A DNA stretch of 64,000 bases from Lama glama (Eukaryota). Of the stretch, positions 12,540 to 26,184 are shown piece by piece. A program made the position numbers and the translations under genes. The notes under the pieces are model-generated. The model did no database searches and was not told where the DNA came from. It worked only from the letters and a program-made list of their open reading frames with translations. The stretch covers positions 87,794,001 through 87,858,000 of the forward strand of contig CM052816.1 in the NCBI GenBank assembly GCA_028534125.1, read 5' to 3'. Position 1 is the first letter of the stretch. Each line of letters starts with the position of its first letter.

Positions 12540-13100
12540 TTAATTCTGTGATAGCATTTGACCATGCTATAGAGTTGAGTGTCAAGGTCAAATTTATCCT
12601 AAATGGAAAGTTAATTTTCATTGAGCCTGGAAGACATTAAGAACTAAGTCTTACTGAAAATCCTTCTTTCTCTAAATTCTCACTCCTCTCATCCTGGTTT
12701 ATCTGCCCTTCTGTTACTCCTTCTCCATTTTCATCACTAGCATCCTAGTGTGAAATTTAAATGTCAGTGGTCTCAAGTTTTCTTCCCAAGTCTACAAGGC
12801 TTCTTAATCTCCCTGCTTCCTTGGGACATTCATCTGCAGGGATTCCTAAAATGCCAGCCCCATGACAGGTTCCATCCTGATTCCAGCATCTTCTCTATTT
12901 TCCTCCTTACAACTTACTCCTCTTCTGTAATATTCTTTGACTGGCTTCTGTTTCCAGATGTAGATATTCAAAGCCTTCCTTATTTTTTCTATTTTTCTCC
13001 TACTTAACATTTATATGGACATCAAATCCAATAGTTTTTCACACAAATGGCTCTCCAATCTGCTTCCACGTCATTCAGGTACTTCTCTCTTTCTCATCAA
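12540..13100 (+). mobile_element. L2 LINE fragment
   Basis: Pyrimidine-rich sequence with agcatttgacca and ttaaatgtcagtggtctcaag blocks; very diverged. Confidence 0.45.
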
Positions 13101-16100
13101 CTTTCACCTCAAAAAATATTAGAAGTTTGTTTTTTTTCCACATGTAAATATTTGGTTTTATATTTAAAACATGAGCACAGATAAGTCTTTTCCAACCATT
13201 AATGATATATTTCTCTAGGACTACGTATTGCTATGATATTACATGAGTTACTTTTAATAAATTTGTTGAACACATAAACAGATTCCTACATAAGCTCCTA
13301 ATCTGTATATCTCATATGTCTTGTAGAAATACCCTTAAAATCATAAATTGTAAAATTTAAATGAAGTCCTTCGACAATAACTAGTAACCATATATGAATA
13401 GTAGTAGAGCTGAAAACTCTAATTATACACTAAAAAAATGATTTGGTAAGGTAGAATCAACCACTTATGTTTCAAATCTCAAATGTCAAAGAGAAGGTTG
13501 GAAAGTATAGCATCTGTGGGCCTCTACGTTGTTGTGATACAAGATAATCTGTGGAAAGCAATGCTTGTTAAGCCTGTATTCTTTTCCCTGTCTACACCCA
13601 GTATCACCACTTCCATCTCCAAATACCACAAACTAAGCCATAGTGACTATATTCTTAGATTAGACACTCATACTTTTTCATTAGAGTACATAAATCTATT
13701 TTCAAATGTACATAGAGCTAGCTAACATATTAAACCATTATAATCAATTTACATTTATTACAGAAACTTTTTTTGGAATCTATTGATCAGATTAGAAGTA
13801 GCAAAACCTCTCAAGGGCAGATCACAGAACAAGGTCATTTTGCTTAAGTAAAAGCTTCTAAAGACTCAGTCTGATGTGTGGTCTGGGGAGAAGGGAGTGA
13901 GCCAAAATACTTTAGCAGGAGATGACTCATATTAGAATAGTCAGACAGAGAAGAGATATAGGCTTTCAAATCTTAAGAGGTCATAGAGTAATAAAAGTTA
14001 TAAGGGGAACTATCTACTTCTTCATTTTTGCCTAGGATCAGCCCTCTATGACCCTCCAAAGGAATAATTTATTCCACATGGATAAATCTTACAGATAAAC
14101 AGAAAGTGTCAGTCCATTTTATGTATGTATGTCCTCTCCAAAATGCAATTGTAATTTTTAATAGAAAACATTTCTATTTACATACACACATAAACATACA
14201 TAGACACACATAGTGTATCTCCCAATTAGTGATCATGCCAGTCAACTGTCATTTTAATACAAAATAGTAAAATATTGACCAATGCATGAAAAACGTTACT
14301 GTTTTAATGAATGCCACTTTTTTTGCTGATTTTATATTAAAAATATGACTTCTGTGTGTCTTATAGGAAACCATGCAACTCTTCGTTGGTAGGTTTGGAG
14401 ATATTGCACGTTGACCTTTCATTTCACAGTCGTTCCTGAGCAGGGGACAAAGCCATCTAACTTTGTGTGACACCAATTAGACATTTCTATTTTATTAATG
14501 TCTCATGTCAAATAGAAAATATATTTTTTCTCTACTGTTTTGTGCCCTTTAAAAGGATGATGTCCTTCTACCAAAGTGAGAAGTAAGCACTATGAAATGA
14601 AACGGTCACAATAAAAAGGTTGTGTTTTCCCTCCCCGATGTACTTTTTTTTTCTTTTTACTGATCAAAAAGAACAAGATTCCAAATATCTTAGACAATAT
14701 AGTTTGCCTCAGCTCTTTTACTACTTTGTGTATTTGAAAATTATTTCCACAATCAGCCTTTGAGACAATGAAGACATAGCTGGAATAAGTGAAATTCAGC
14801 ATAGATGACAGTGTCTGTTGAATATTTTTGAAGTATTAAACCTTGTCCATTCATACAAACAGTATCGGTGGTAGAGCTAGAAAAAAATGACTAGATGTGC
14901 AGTATATTTTCACTGTCAAATATAGACACAGAATTTGACAGGGTTTTACACATACAATTTTTCACAGCTGAAAAGGAAGCATTTCTTCCTTATGTCTGTT
15001 TCTTGTTCTACAATCCAGCCTGTCTAGGACACTTTTGAGCATATATTTGATGCAATGTATTGTTAAATGCCTAGAATGTTAATGTGGTTATTCTTTGTAG
15101 TTTCATGAGATGTAAAGCCAACTGGGAAATTAGAATCCAGCAGAAATAGATAAAGCCTTGATTAAGAGCATGACTTTTGTTTTGCTTTGTTTCCAAATGC
15201 TGACATTAACAGGGAAAGGGGAAAACATTTTTCCTGAATGCATTTACTCTCTTGAAAAACGTAGTACTTCACAGTGATATTAACCACTGCAATTGAATTT
15301 ATTAATGCCTATTCCCTTATAGGATCATATTCACTATCAATTTCATGCTCATTAATTCAATTTGTTTATTTTGATGTGCTCGAATGCTTGTGATTACCTC
15401 TGTTTTAGGGTTAGTTATACGAGAGAATTGCTTCGCTCAGATTGGAGGGAACAGTTCTAACTTTCTAGGTCAAATTCTATAAATTTATGTCTTTCAGTTT
15501 GCTTTGTGTAGTTATGTCATATGGTAGAAATATAAATTTAGATGACTTTCCAGATAAAACGTCTTTTCAGGATAGTGTTATATGAGATTAATAGGGTGAA
15601 GCCCTCATCATTTATATGTCTAGGTATTATTGGATTAGACCTTGGTCTCCTAAAAACAAACTTTCTAATACACTTTCTGGCTTTTTGTTTTGTTTTTTAA
15701 TATTATGATTTTTATTATGTCAGAACATTGAATGAATACAGGCTTTAATGTAATCAAAAGAGGCCTTTATTTTTTGCTATGATTTATATTTTAACATTAT
15801 TGGTATATAAAAAACAATGTTTTGAATTTTGCCAAATTCTGAGTTATATATTTTTAGGTCCTCAGCAGATGGAATTCTCCCACCCAGAAACACAACACTA
15901 CTATTTCCTGAAGGGTTAATTTCTGCTGCTGAAGCATGTGCCCTGGTTTTCACTGACATTGAATTATTACCTACAGCTATAAATCTTGAGTCAATTTCCT
16001 ATGAATGGCATTTTACAGGTACAGGGTATATTAAGTCTGCCTCCCACTTAGATAATGGTCTTCCCACCATGCTTAATTAAGTTAGCCAGCTTTGGTTTAT

Positions 16101-17059
16101 GCTGTTTAATGTAAACCGACCTCTAATTTTCTTATAAGCTGCTATATTTGATTACAAGTTAGAGTGATGGAAACCTGATCTTCAGATTTGGTATAAAGAA
16201 GCTTGCTGTGTTCTGTTATTAAAGACCATACCAGACAAAAGAGGACATTGAATTAATTGTAATTGGATATAAGTTCTTTTATTTATTTTTAAAGCCTCAT
16301 TCAGCTGAAAATTATAAATATATATATTTCTGGTGTCTAAAATTAAGTGATCAGATAAAATACTTAAATATATTTCATGAAATAATAATATTTGATTATT
16401 TGTCAAAATACAAAATTTTAATGATTTTTCATTTGCATTTTCTTTTTTTATGAGATTAGAACTTGAGATCTACTCTTAGTGAAAGTAATCTAGGACCTTG
16501 ATAATTTAGCAACTTTTCAAAATTTAATTTGCACTGTTCTGTGTTGTACATTCCAATTGTTAAGGATCACCCCATAAATGAGTTAGTATAAACTAAAGCT
16601 GTTTTAAAATTTGCATATGCATGCATGAACCTAAGTTATCTTTTTCTCATAAATTATAAATGGTCTTAACTTACACAAAAATATATGTTCAATTATAGCT
16701 ATATGTGTGTGTATGGATTAACCACTAATATAAAATTTTCAAAATCTTTAACAAAGTGGTGGAATTCACTGAAATACTACCTGTCTTCCTATTTACTAAC
16801 AATTTGCATCCTTGGTTCTTTATAACCTATAATTAGGAAAACATTCCTTTAATATAATTAAGATCATTATTGCAAAACTTGTCATCACTGATATTACCTG
16901 CCCATTACTCCAAATTTTGTGCTTTGTATTGAGGAAATAAATGCATTTTATGCCTGTGTAAAACTAGCAAAGTGATTAAAAAAATCACTTAATTTGACTA
17001 CTGAATGAAATGTTACAATAATACCATATTTCATTTGAACTAAATGACTAGGACTTTTA

Positions 17060-17205
17060 CATTTCTTAATTTGATGAGCCTCAATACTCTGAGGTAATTA
17101 AACTATTATTTATGTAGATTTACAGATGAAAAAATGAAAGAGGCAAAAGAACAAGAAATTTGGCCAAACTTAGAGCAATGCTTTGAGATCTAGACTCTAG
17201 ACTGT
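17060..17205 (-). mobile_element. MIR SINE fragment
   Basis: cctcaatactctgaggta...tttacagatgaaaaaatgaa resembles the MIR core. Confidence 0.55.
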
Positions 17206-19729
17206 GATGTGCAGTATGTTTCTTCTCCCTTTTCTCTCCTCTAAAGAAAAGCAAACACAAAGCCCCAGAACATACTGACACCAGCTCTTGTATTTATTGT
17301 GATGCAAATCTGTGTCTTCTCATTTTAATTCCATTCCCATTCCTCCATTCCTTCATTTTCTGCCTCTCCTGGACTTTGTATTTACAGACCACCAAATTTT
17401 GGGGGGTATCTCTTGAATCTTCAGATGGAAACCCATTTCAGATTTGAGCCTTTGCACCATCATTTTCCATGCTTCATGTTACATAACTGATGCCAAGAAA
17501 TATAAAATTTATAATCTTCTATTTGGATTTCTGATAACAAATGAGCGTTTTATAGTAAAATAAAGGCCAATGGATAAAATTTACATGTTTTTTCCCATTA
17601 ACAAAAAAGTCAGTGTCCGTGAATCTAAACTGCTGTAGAAAATGTTTTAATGAGAGAAAAAAAAATTAGTATAAACGAGTAACCCTTCTTCGATGGAGCC
17701 CAAAGTGACATTTTTCCACGTCATGGTCATGAGTGATTTGAAAATATATCATCAGAGTAGCAACACATGCATAAATAGACATCTAATGTAATTTTAATTG
17801 GAATACTGTATAAATTATGTGATGATTGGAAGTAGATCTAGTTTAATTTCCATATTTTTAAGAGGTAAAAACATGAAACATATCTTAGGGAGCATAGAAC
17901 TGTTCTTACTCTGAAATGTTTTCAAATTTGAGACTGTATACTCCAGCAGTATAAGTTAAGCTTTCTGAGGTGGCACATTTGATGTCTCATAAATGATAAA
18001 TCATCATGCCATTGCTGATCAATTACAAATGTGACTTTACTGAAGCAAGCAATTGTCTCTTGCCTAAAACTGATTATTCTTACTACCTGACAAGTCACTT
18101 CACAATTTTAAATGAGAACTGAGGACCAACTATACAGATTGGTTGCACTCTTAGAGTGATTGATAAGGATTTAATTATAAATCACATTTTAATTCAGTTA
18201 CTCTGTTCAACCAAGTGTAACTTATGAAATTTAATGTATAAAATATTAATTCATGCTATAACTGAGTTTGTAGGTTTACAAGGACTCATTGCCCCAGAAT
18301 GCAGTGGGTGACTTCAAAAAAGATAGCTCACTAACCTGCCCGGTGAATAAGCTTAATAAACAAATCCTGCATCATCAGTATGAAAGGTCTGTATCTGCAG
18401 TTTCTTCATTTCTCATCCAAAAAGAGCAGAGACAAAAGCAAAATAAATCTGATTTCAAGTTCTTCAGAAAGACAAATTCAAAGTTAAAATGCATATGGGC
18501 TTAATAACTGATTTTTCAACCTGTGTGGGTCTCAGAGAAGTTATCATCATCATCATCCATTTATATTTATTGAGTTCCCCCTGGGTATTTGGCACTGGAG
18601 TAGACTGAGCAGAGAAAATAATGATCTAAACTATTTCCAGAGTCTTAACCTTCACAAGAGTATTATTGCATGCATTCATAAATAACATTATTTCAAAGCA
18701 GATTGTCATTTATTTTTGAACTAAAATATATTTATGAAACTTCCAGTATTTTTTAAAGGATCTTTTTTTTTCTTCTGCTGCTTCTGATAATATTTTTGCC
18801 TTTTAAAAAGGGGCCTTAACTCCATGAGAGGAACCCTAAGCCAATGCCTTTTGAGAATCTTTTGAAGGCATGTTGCTATGCTTCTCTTTCAACAAACCTA
18901 AATAGCCTTTTTACTTTGCATTGTCTGCTATGGTTTTTAAGTGCTTTTTAAGTTTCCCTGACTCGCATCCTACACAGGAAGCTTCAGTGAATACGGAAAG
19001 TGTGGTTGCAGTCAGGAAAGTCACACATTAAAATGATATTCTGAGGTTCCCATTTATTTGCTATTTATGAAATGCATATCGAATTTGCTTATTGTGTAAA
19101 AGTCAAAGACTGATTGTTCTGTCAGGACTGGAGACTCAGCTTTTGATCTAAAATTTAGCTATCTACACTCTCTGTCTCTCCAATCATCAAAATAAGGATT
19201 TTCTAATTCTGAACTTAACCTATGGTTGCTTTAATGATAGTTTGCTGCTTGCTATTCTGAACCAGGAGGGCATGTGAATAAAAGATCTGCACTGAGCTAC
19301 TGAAAAAATAAATTAAAGGGAAAATTTTAACTCAGTCTTAGACCACCAAAATGCTATTGAAATACAAAAAATGCAAATAATGTAGTGATGCCTTGAGTAT
19401 TGAACTTATTGTTTTGAAAGATAATACATTTCTGCTTGTCCTCTATCAGTTATGTGGCCCCTTTACTAAACTAAAAGTTTCATAGAATGAGAATTATTTT
19501 ATTATGAACCTTTAGTCAAAAATATCTATTTACTATTCATTTTCTGCAAGCTAGTACGGAACAGCACAGAAGTATTCAGAACAATTCCCTTGCTCTCTGA
19601 GAACATATGATACAGATAGACTGTCATGCATATACTACTATTATTCAAAATATGATCTGGTCCTCCCTTTAAGAATTACAGACTAACAGCGTCTTGGATG
19701 GGGTCTCTTGCATGGAGTCCCCTGGAATA

Positions 19730-19837
19730 CAGAGTGAAGAGAGTGACCGATGATAAACAGGTGCTGTAAGCAGCAAATAAACCTTGTTTGTTAAAAGCCC
19801 CAGTGATCATACAGCTTAGCCTAAGCTAGTTAATACT
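19730..19837 (+). mobile_element. old MaLR (MLT1) LTR 3' end fragment
   Basis: aaataaaccttgtttgttaaaagcc...cagcttagcctaagctagttaatac resembles the MLT1 terminus. Confidence 0.45.
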
Positions 19838-20826
19838 GGGAGAAAAGTAAAAGATCTTACACAACATTTTTAACCTTAAGTCTCTTTCTCACATAGAGTT
19901 AAAAACTAAGTAAATGCATAGTCAGTAAGTAAATAACATGGATTTCATTCCTGGAGACCTTGGTATGGTCTGCTTTAAGAATACTCAGTATGTGATCATT
20001 CTAATTTATAAATAAAACACTTGGGACCATTGTTTTATCATATGCTTTACTGAAGTTATTTTAAAAAGAAAGAAGCCAAGCAACTTTTAAAATAATGACC
20101 TTATATATTTAAAAAGTATTACTGCATAAACTGGGCAATGCCTTCACAATTTTCCCACGCAGGGTAATTAAAGGGAGTGATTTTGATGTATAATGTCTCT
20201 GAATTATTTCAATAATGCATATTAATTTTTAAATCTCCCCTATGTGAAACATAATATCAATTACATATACATATGTTTTCCACTTTTAACATTTTATGGT
20301 TTCTGGTTTCTTCTCAGGCATTTGTTGGTTCTATTTGTTGAACTTTCTATTTTTCTCACTTTTCCACTTTTTCAGGTCACATGTCAGAAACTGATCATGG
20401 GGAACAAATCTCAAGCTCCCTCCTGGGTCAGAAAAAGAGTGGGCCCAAGTGAGTCTAGTTCTGAAGAGTTGATTTAGTTTAAGGCTGAAGGCTTTAGAAT
20501 ATGGTTCCCCAGATATATTCCTAATGCTCCATAAATGTAAGTCTCAGTTCCTCTCAAATTTCCTTTCCTCCTTCTCCTCTTAACTCCTATCTCTAAAGGA
20601 ACCCTAAAATGATCTCAAAAAAAGTGATATTTTATTAGTCTAGTAGTCATATGCCCTTTATTTCAATATGAAATTTAAATTAAACTGAAGGATTCATAAA
20701 TATGGTTTGTACATATGTTGAGGAACATTTTATTAGCCTAATCAAAATATAAGTTTCCATTAATGTTCATTTCCATAATTAAACTCATTATTTTATTTAG
20801 TTCTTCTGATCTACAATCACACTGCA

Positions 20827-20866
20827 TAGCAATGGAACCCTGTGTAGCAGTGGAACCCTGTGTAGC
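20827..20866. repeat. 18-bp tandem duplication
   Basis: tagcaatggaaccctgtg / tagcagtggaaccctgtg / tagc; one mismatch. Confidence 0.95.
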
Positions 20867-23721
20867 CAACTACAGTCTTATAAATTAAGAAGTTGAACAT
20901 CTCAGATACAGGAAAATAAATTTCCACAGAGTACTACTAATATCTGTGTCAAGTCTTTTGCCTTTTATCCCTTCCTTTCCCATGTAGGACTTCGGTCTTA
21001 AGATATTTTGTGAATCCTGTTGTTACCTTTCTAAAAAGGAGGAAGAGAAGTTGACATCTTAGCTTTCTAATGAAACTTGCTTCTTCTGTATTCCATGCAC
21101 TATTCTCTCCTCTTTCTAGAGTATCACCAATGATTCTATTTCTGTTCTAATTCGTGCAGCTGGAGCATCCATCTACATTCCTTATCCATCCTTTAACGTA
21201 CAATGTTGAATTAGCATCTTTGAGATAACTTCCTGATTTATTTTAAATCTAAGTAGCTCTAATATTTTCATGCCTTTGCAACATAACACAGACTGCCTTT
21301 GAGGCGAAATGTCCATTTTCTTTTGAGCACTGAGGTTATGGGAAATCATGCTACATAAAATTGTCATAAATGATCATGCATTTTTTTCTAGGACCTCAAA
21401 AATTCACGAAAATTTTCCCTATGCAGAGACATCTAAGTATGTAATCAATATGTAGAGCCATCAGCAACTCTTTTCCTACTGGACATACATATTTTGATGA
21501 TTGACTTACATAGGCTAGAGGATTTTCCTGTATGAGTAATTACAATAGTTTCAACATTTGAGAAATATGCCAATACATATACAGATGTACTTATACAGGC
21601 ATATATGTGTGGACAGACTGGAAAAACTGAAAGGGATTCCTTCTAGAGGTAAATGACAAGGGTGGCCTTGCAGGTCTCCTGGAGGAAACTCTACCCTGAG
21701 TAAAAATCAAATCTGACATGAGCAGCCATGGCTTGAGGGCAGAGGGGCCAATATCTTCAGGTACAGTATGACACCTATTACTTGGATTGCCTCAATCTAG
21801 ATGCATTAAACTTTTGTAAGCGTTTACTGGAGAACAAAATTATAATACTTTGGAGGCCATGCAATCTTCAAATGGAAATTTGATAAATAGTACTCATAGA
21901 GGACTACGAGATCCTCCCCCTACACTTTTCACTTGGGGTAATGAGGTTGGATTCTGAGCTGACAGTTTGATTGCCGCCGGGCACACACCTTCCTGAATGT
22001 TAGGTCAGCAAAGCAGTGTGCTAATCCTTGCAGGAGGCAGGCAGCCAGGAGCTGGTGATATCAGAGGCAGCCTGAAAAAGGCAGATTGGCCAGGTTTATT
22101 AGTGCCATGTGATTTCTCTGCAACAAAAGTAGTTGTACATACATATTAACAAGACTTTCTTTGTTTGCACTGGCTAATGAGATCTAAACACACACAGACT
22201 GCTTTTTAAAGTGATTTAATTTGACAATCCGCTTGGCACATGGAAGTTACTCTACTGATTGTTTTCAAAATGAAGGCTATTTCTGTTCTCTGATTTCCTC
22301 AAAGTAACTGAAGTGACTCTTCCCCATTAAAGTGTGCTGGGCAGTGTAAATTAAGATGAAAGAAAGAAGAACTTGTAAGGACAGGTTCTAAAAATGCAAC
22401 ATTCTTCTTAGTTTCTTGGATGATTATGGGACTTATTATGTAAAGGCTCAAGTACAGTTCTGACCAAACACATTGATTGAAAGTGAATTTTGTGAATGTC
22501 AACATACTGGTGCCAGTTCACAGCTGTCTTAAGTACCCTCTGCTTTGTGTACAGAAACTGAATCTAAGTGTATTCCTTCGCATTGGACATATTATAACAT
22601 CATTAATTTTATTGTGTTTCTATTAGTGTCATCAATAGCAGAACAAGGATTATTTATTGCCCAACACTTACTACACTTTAAGTTTTTAAGTTAAAGTGAC
22701 TAGCATTATAGGGAATATCCATCCAGATTACAATCAGTTCAAAGTACAAAGGTATGACATTCTATGACTTTCTCTTTCTTGCTATTTGTGTATTACTATT
22801 TTTTAAAATATATGTGTTTATATATTATGTATGTGTAAATATGCATCCATCATGTATATATATATATATGCACGTATATGTGCATGAATAAATATACATC
22901 TGTGGATTAGCGTTTGTTTCAATTAAAAGATGCACATAATACTTATAATAAAATATTTTTTAGGCTCTCTATTACTACTTGGTCTATATCTTGAAATTTC
23001 CACTGAAATCTTTAAGACATTACAGTTCTCTTTTAGAGGAGTAGCAATATGCTTTGTGGCATCTGGATGTATAGAATGTTCCAACAACATAGTCTTTAAG
23101 TAAAAAAAAAACAAAATTAAATATCCTAAGGCATAGGGAATAATTATAAATCATGTAACTCGCCCATAGTTTCTGGCACATAGTATTTGTTTAATTTCTG
23201 TCTGTTTCCCTACTTAAACACAATTATGTAGCATGATCATGGAAAATAACCTAATTACAGACTTTGTACAGAGCTATATAATGGTACATACCATTTCTTT
23301 GTCCTTCTTGTGTTAGTATTATGTTTAAAAATTAACACTGTTAGAATTAGTTCCTTAGAGTATGACAGATACAGACTTAATTTTTGAAATCTGAAAACAT
23401 GAGGTATATTTATAGAGTAAGTGTGCTCGTGTCAAAAGCAAATAATGAAAATCAGTTACATTACATACTAGGTTGCTATTTAGGAATCAATCTTTTCATT
23501 TGATAGTAAAATTTTCTTTACTTCAGAGAAAGCATCATTTAAGTCAAAGGGAACAAACTGAAATGACATTGGAGATAAACTGAGCTAAGAAATTATTTTA
23601 GAGCTAGTAAGACAAATGAAATTAATTAATGCAAAGAGGTATTTTTATAAATTTTCAATATAAAGAAATCCTTTTTCAGATTATCTGTTTTTAAATGTAA
23701 TCTATGATGTTTATGTGTTTG

Positions 23722-23760
23722 GATGTGTGTGTATGTGTGTGTGTGTGCACGCGCGTGTGT
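23722..23760. repeat. (TG)n microsatellite ending in CACGCGCGTG
   Basis: Read directly. Confidence 0.9.
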
Positions 23761-24547
23761 ATTCAGGCTCATTTGGAAATGGGCTATTTTGTATATGAAC
23801 CTTATACTAATGAGTTTGAGTTATTCAGTATAATATACTAATGGTGAAACTAGAAAAATTTTTAGCATTCTCTTAAAATTTTTAATATTATGAGTATGCA
23901 CTAGAGATGGTTTAATAGTTTTGGTGTCTTCAACTCATGTCATACATTTCTGTCTGATGCAGTTACCAATATTTACCTACCAATCTGAAGAGCCCCAAAT
24001 GAGTAAGAATAAAATCTGAAGTTCTTCTGTCATGACATTCTCATTTTTTCACTCCTAGCTAGAAAAAATGCTAAGAACTGTAATCTTCAGCAGAGTGGTG
24101 TCGTACTCAGTTAAACCCTAGTTCTATGGAAGGAGAAAGGTATTAGCAGCCTGCACCAGGATTTGAAACAATGGAATGTTTAATTTATGTTTCAAACTTT
24201 ATTCATGGTGTTGCAAAAGGTGTTTGGCAGTGCAGTCACCCAGTTCCTTAAGCACAAAGCCTGAATGACATCCTTGATTACTTCACCTCCTGTTCCCCTG
24301 CCAACTTGTGCTCTTTCCAAAATATATTCCCAAGTTGTTCCTGAAAAGTCTAAAAATCATTGCCTCAAACATTCCCCCAAACTCCAGAAATACAACTATT
24401 TCTTCTATCCTATTCCAGAATAGAATCCACAGTCCATGTTTCTAACTGCTCACTTTCAAACATGTACTCTTTCCAAACCATGATCTTTCACCTTAAATTT
24501 TATGACTAAATACCTCACATGCACATGTAGGATTTCCCCACTGGCTA

Positions 24548-25203
24548 TGTTGCCGATAGATGCAACCGCTGTTCCAGGTTCTTGTCCCGTCCCAGAAAGA
24601 ATTCAGACAAGACTTATAGGTTAAAAAAGGTAAAGTGAGGATTTATTAAAAGGATGGATAGTACACTCTCAGGGGAGAGCGGGCAGCTCAGGTGAGCGGC
24701 TGCCCTGAGTTTCTTTGGCAAGTTAGCTACATAGGGTGTAAAAGTGAATGGGCGGAATATTCATTGGGGAGGGAAGGGTTTGGGGTCGTATTCCCTGATT
24801 ATCATCCCAACTCCACCTTCCCAAAGGGAGGAGGGATTTTTGTCCTTATTTAGTCTGGATCAGAAGTGTCATGGCGTCGGTGCATGATGGGTACTTCTGA
24901 TCTGCAAGGCTAATTTTATTAAAATGAGGGCATAATGAGCAAAAGGTTACATTCGGACACTAGAAATTCCTGCCTTTTTTCACCTTTCCTTGTTCTTCTC
25001 CAGGCCACTTGTCACCCCAAAAGGCATGATCCCTTATCAGCCCCAAGGTTCCTGCTTTTCTTTCTCTGCCCAAGGATCCCTGCTTCTTACATGATGTGTG
25101 GTTTCCTGCTTTTGGCCTGTGCCCCTCCTTTCTGCCCAATCCCTGCCATTTGATCTGTGTCCCCCTTTCTCTGCTCATATCTAGCTAGCTGCCTGCTCTA
25201 ACA
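24548..25203 (-). mobile_element. ERV1-class solo LTR, 656 bp, relatively young
   Basis: TGTT...AACA termini; perfect 4-bp TSD gcta (24544-24547 and 25204-25207); minus-strand AATAAA at 24642-24647; several CpGs retained. Confidence 0.92.
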
Positions 25204-25779
25204 GCTACATATTCTTAATAAATCCACTTTTTCACTCAGTGATGATATCACATCTCCTCACTTCTAATCTTCTTAAACTTCATTCACGTTCTTTCATTTC
25301 TTACTGCTTAAGTAAAAAGAAGCCTTCATATAAAAACAGCCTCATCATCCTGATGCAAAACCTAAGTTCTCTTCCTGTACCCTATGTTTCCCACCCTGAT
25401 GAAAGGGTAAATGATCTTTTGTCCTATATGAAAGAATAGCCCAGGGATGTCTGCTTTCATCTACCCAGGGATTCAAACATATCATATGAAAACATACTGT
25501 AAAATTAATATTTTCCTTCTTAAATTAAAAAAAAAACTTGTTTAATTCCAAAGATTTCAGTGATCTCTTATGTTTATGATCTTTCTTCACTCCTTTTTTT
25601 TTTTTTGTGTGTCTATATTCTCTAGGTTTATATTTCATCTCATCCATTATAACTTTTCCATCCTGATCCTCTTAGACAAACTTTTGCCTGTATTTCCACC
25701 CTATACGTTTTGGAGGGTCCTTTTCTCATCCTCAAATGGCTGCAAACTCTCCATAGATGAAATTCCATCAGATGCCACA

Positions 25780-26184
25780 TGTATTAGTTTTCTAGGGCTG
25801 CTGCAACGGAATGCCACAGCCAAGTGTCTTAAACAACAGAAATTAGTTTTCTCACAGTTTGGAGGCTGAAAGTTCAAGAGCAAAGTTTGTCAGGGTTCTC
25901 TCGAGGCCTCTCTCCTTGACTTGCAAATGGCCACTTTCTCACTGTGTCCTCTCATGGCCTTTCCCATGTGCATGTGTGCCCTTGGCCTCTCTTCCTCTTC
26001 TTATAAGGTTACCAGTCATGTTGGACTAGGATCCCACCGTAAAGGTCTCATTTAACTGAATGACCTCTTTAAAGGGCTTATCTCCAAATGTGTTTATGTT
26101 TTGAGGTACTAGGGGTTGATGCTTCAACATATGAATTCTGGAGGTTGGGGGTGGGGGTGGAGGGGAACAATTCAGCCCGTAACA
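25780..26184 (-). mobile_element. MaLR solo LTR (MLT1A/B-like)
   Basis: tgtattagttttctagggctgc...cttaaacaacagaaatt...ggaggctgaaagttcaag...gcttcaacatatgaattctgg...acaattcagcccgtaaca. Confidence 0.9.

Noticed and set aside
15829..16080. 83-aa ORF spanning a possible acceptor tttttag at about 15857
   Set aside because: No good donor and no recognisable homology.
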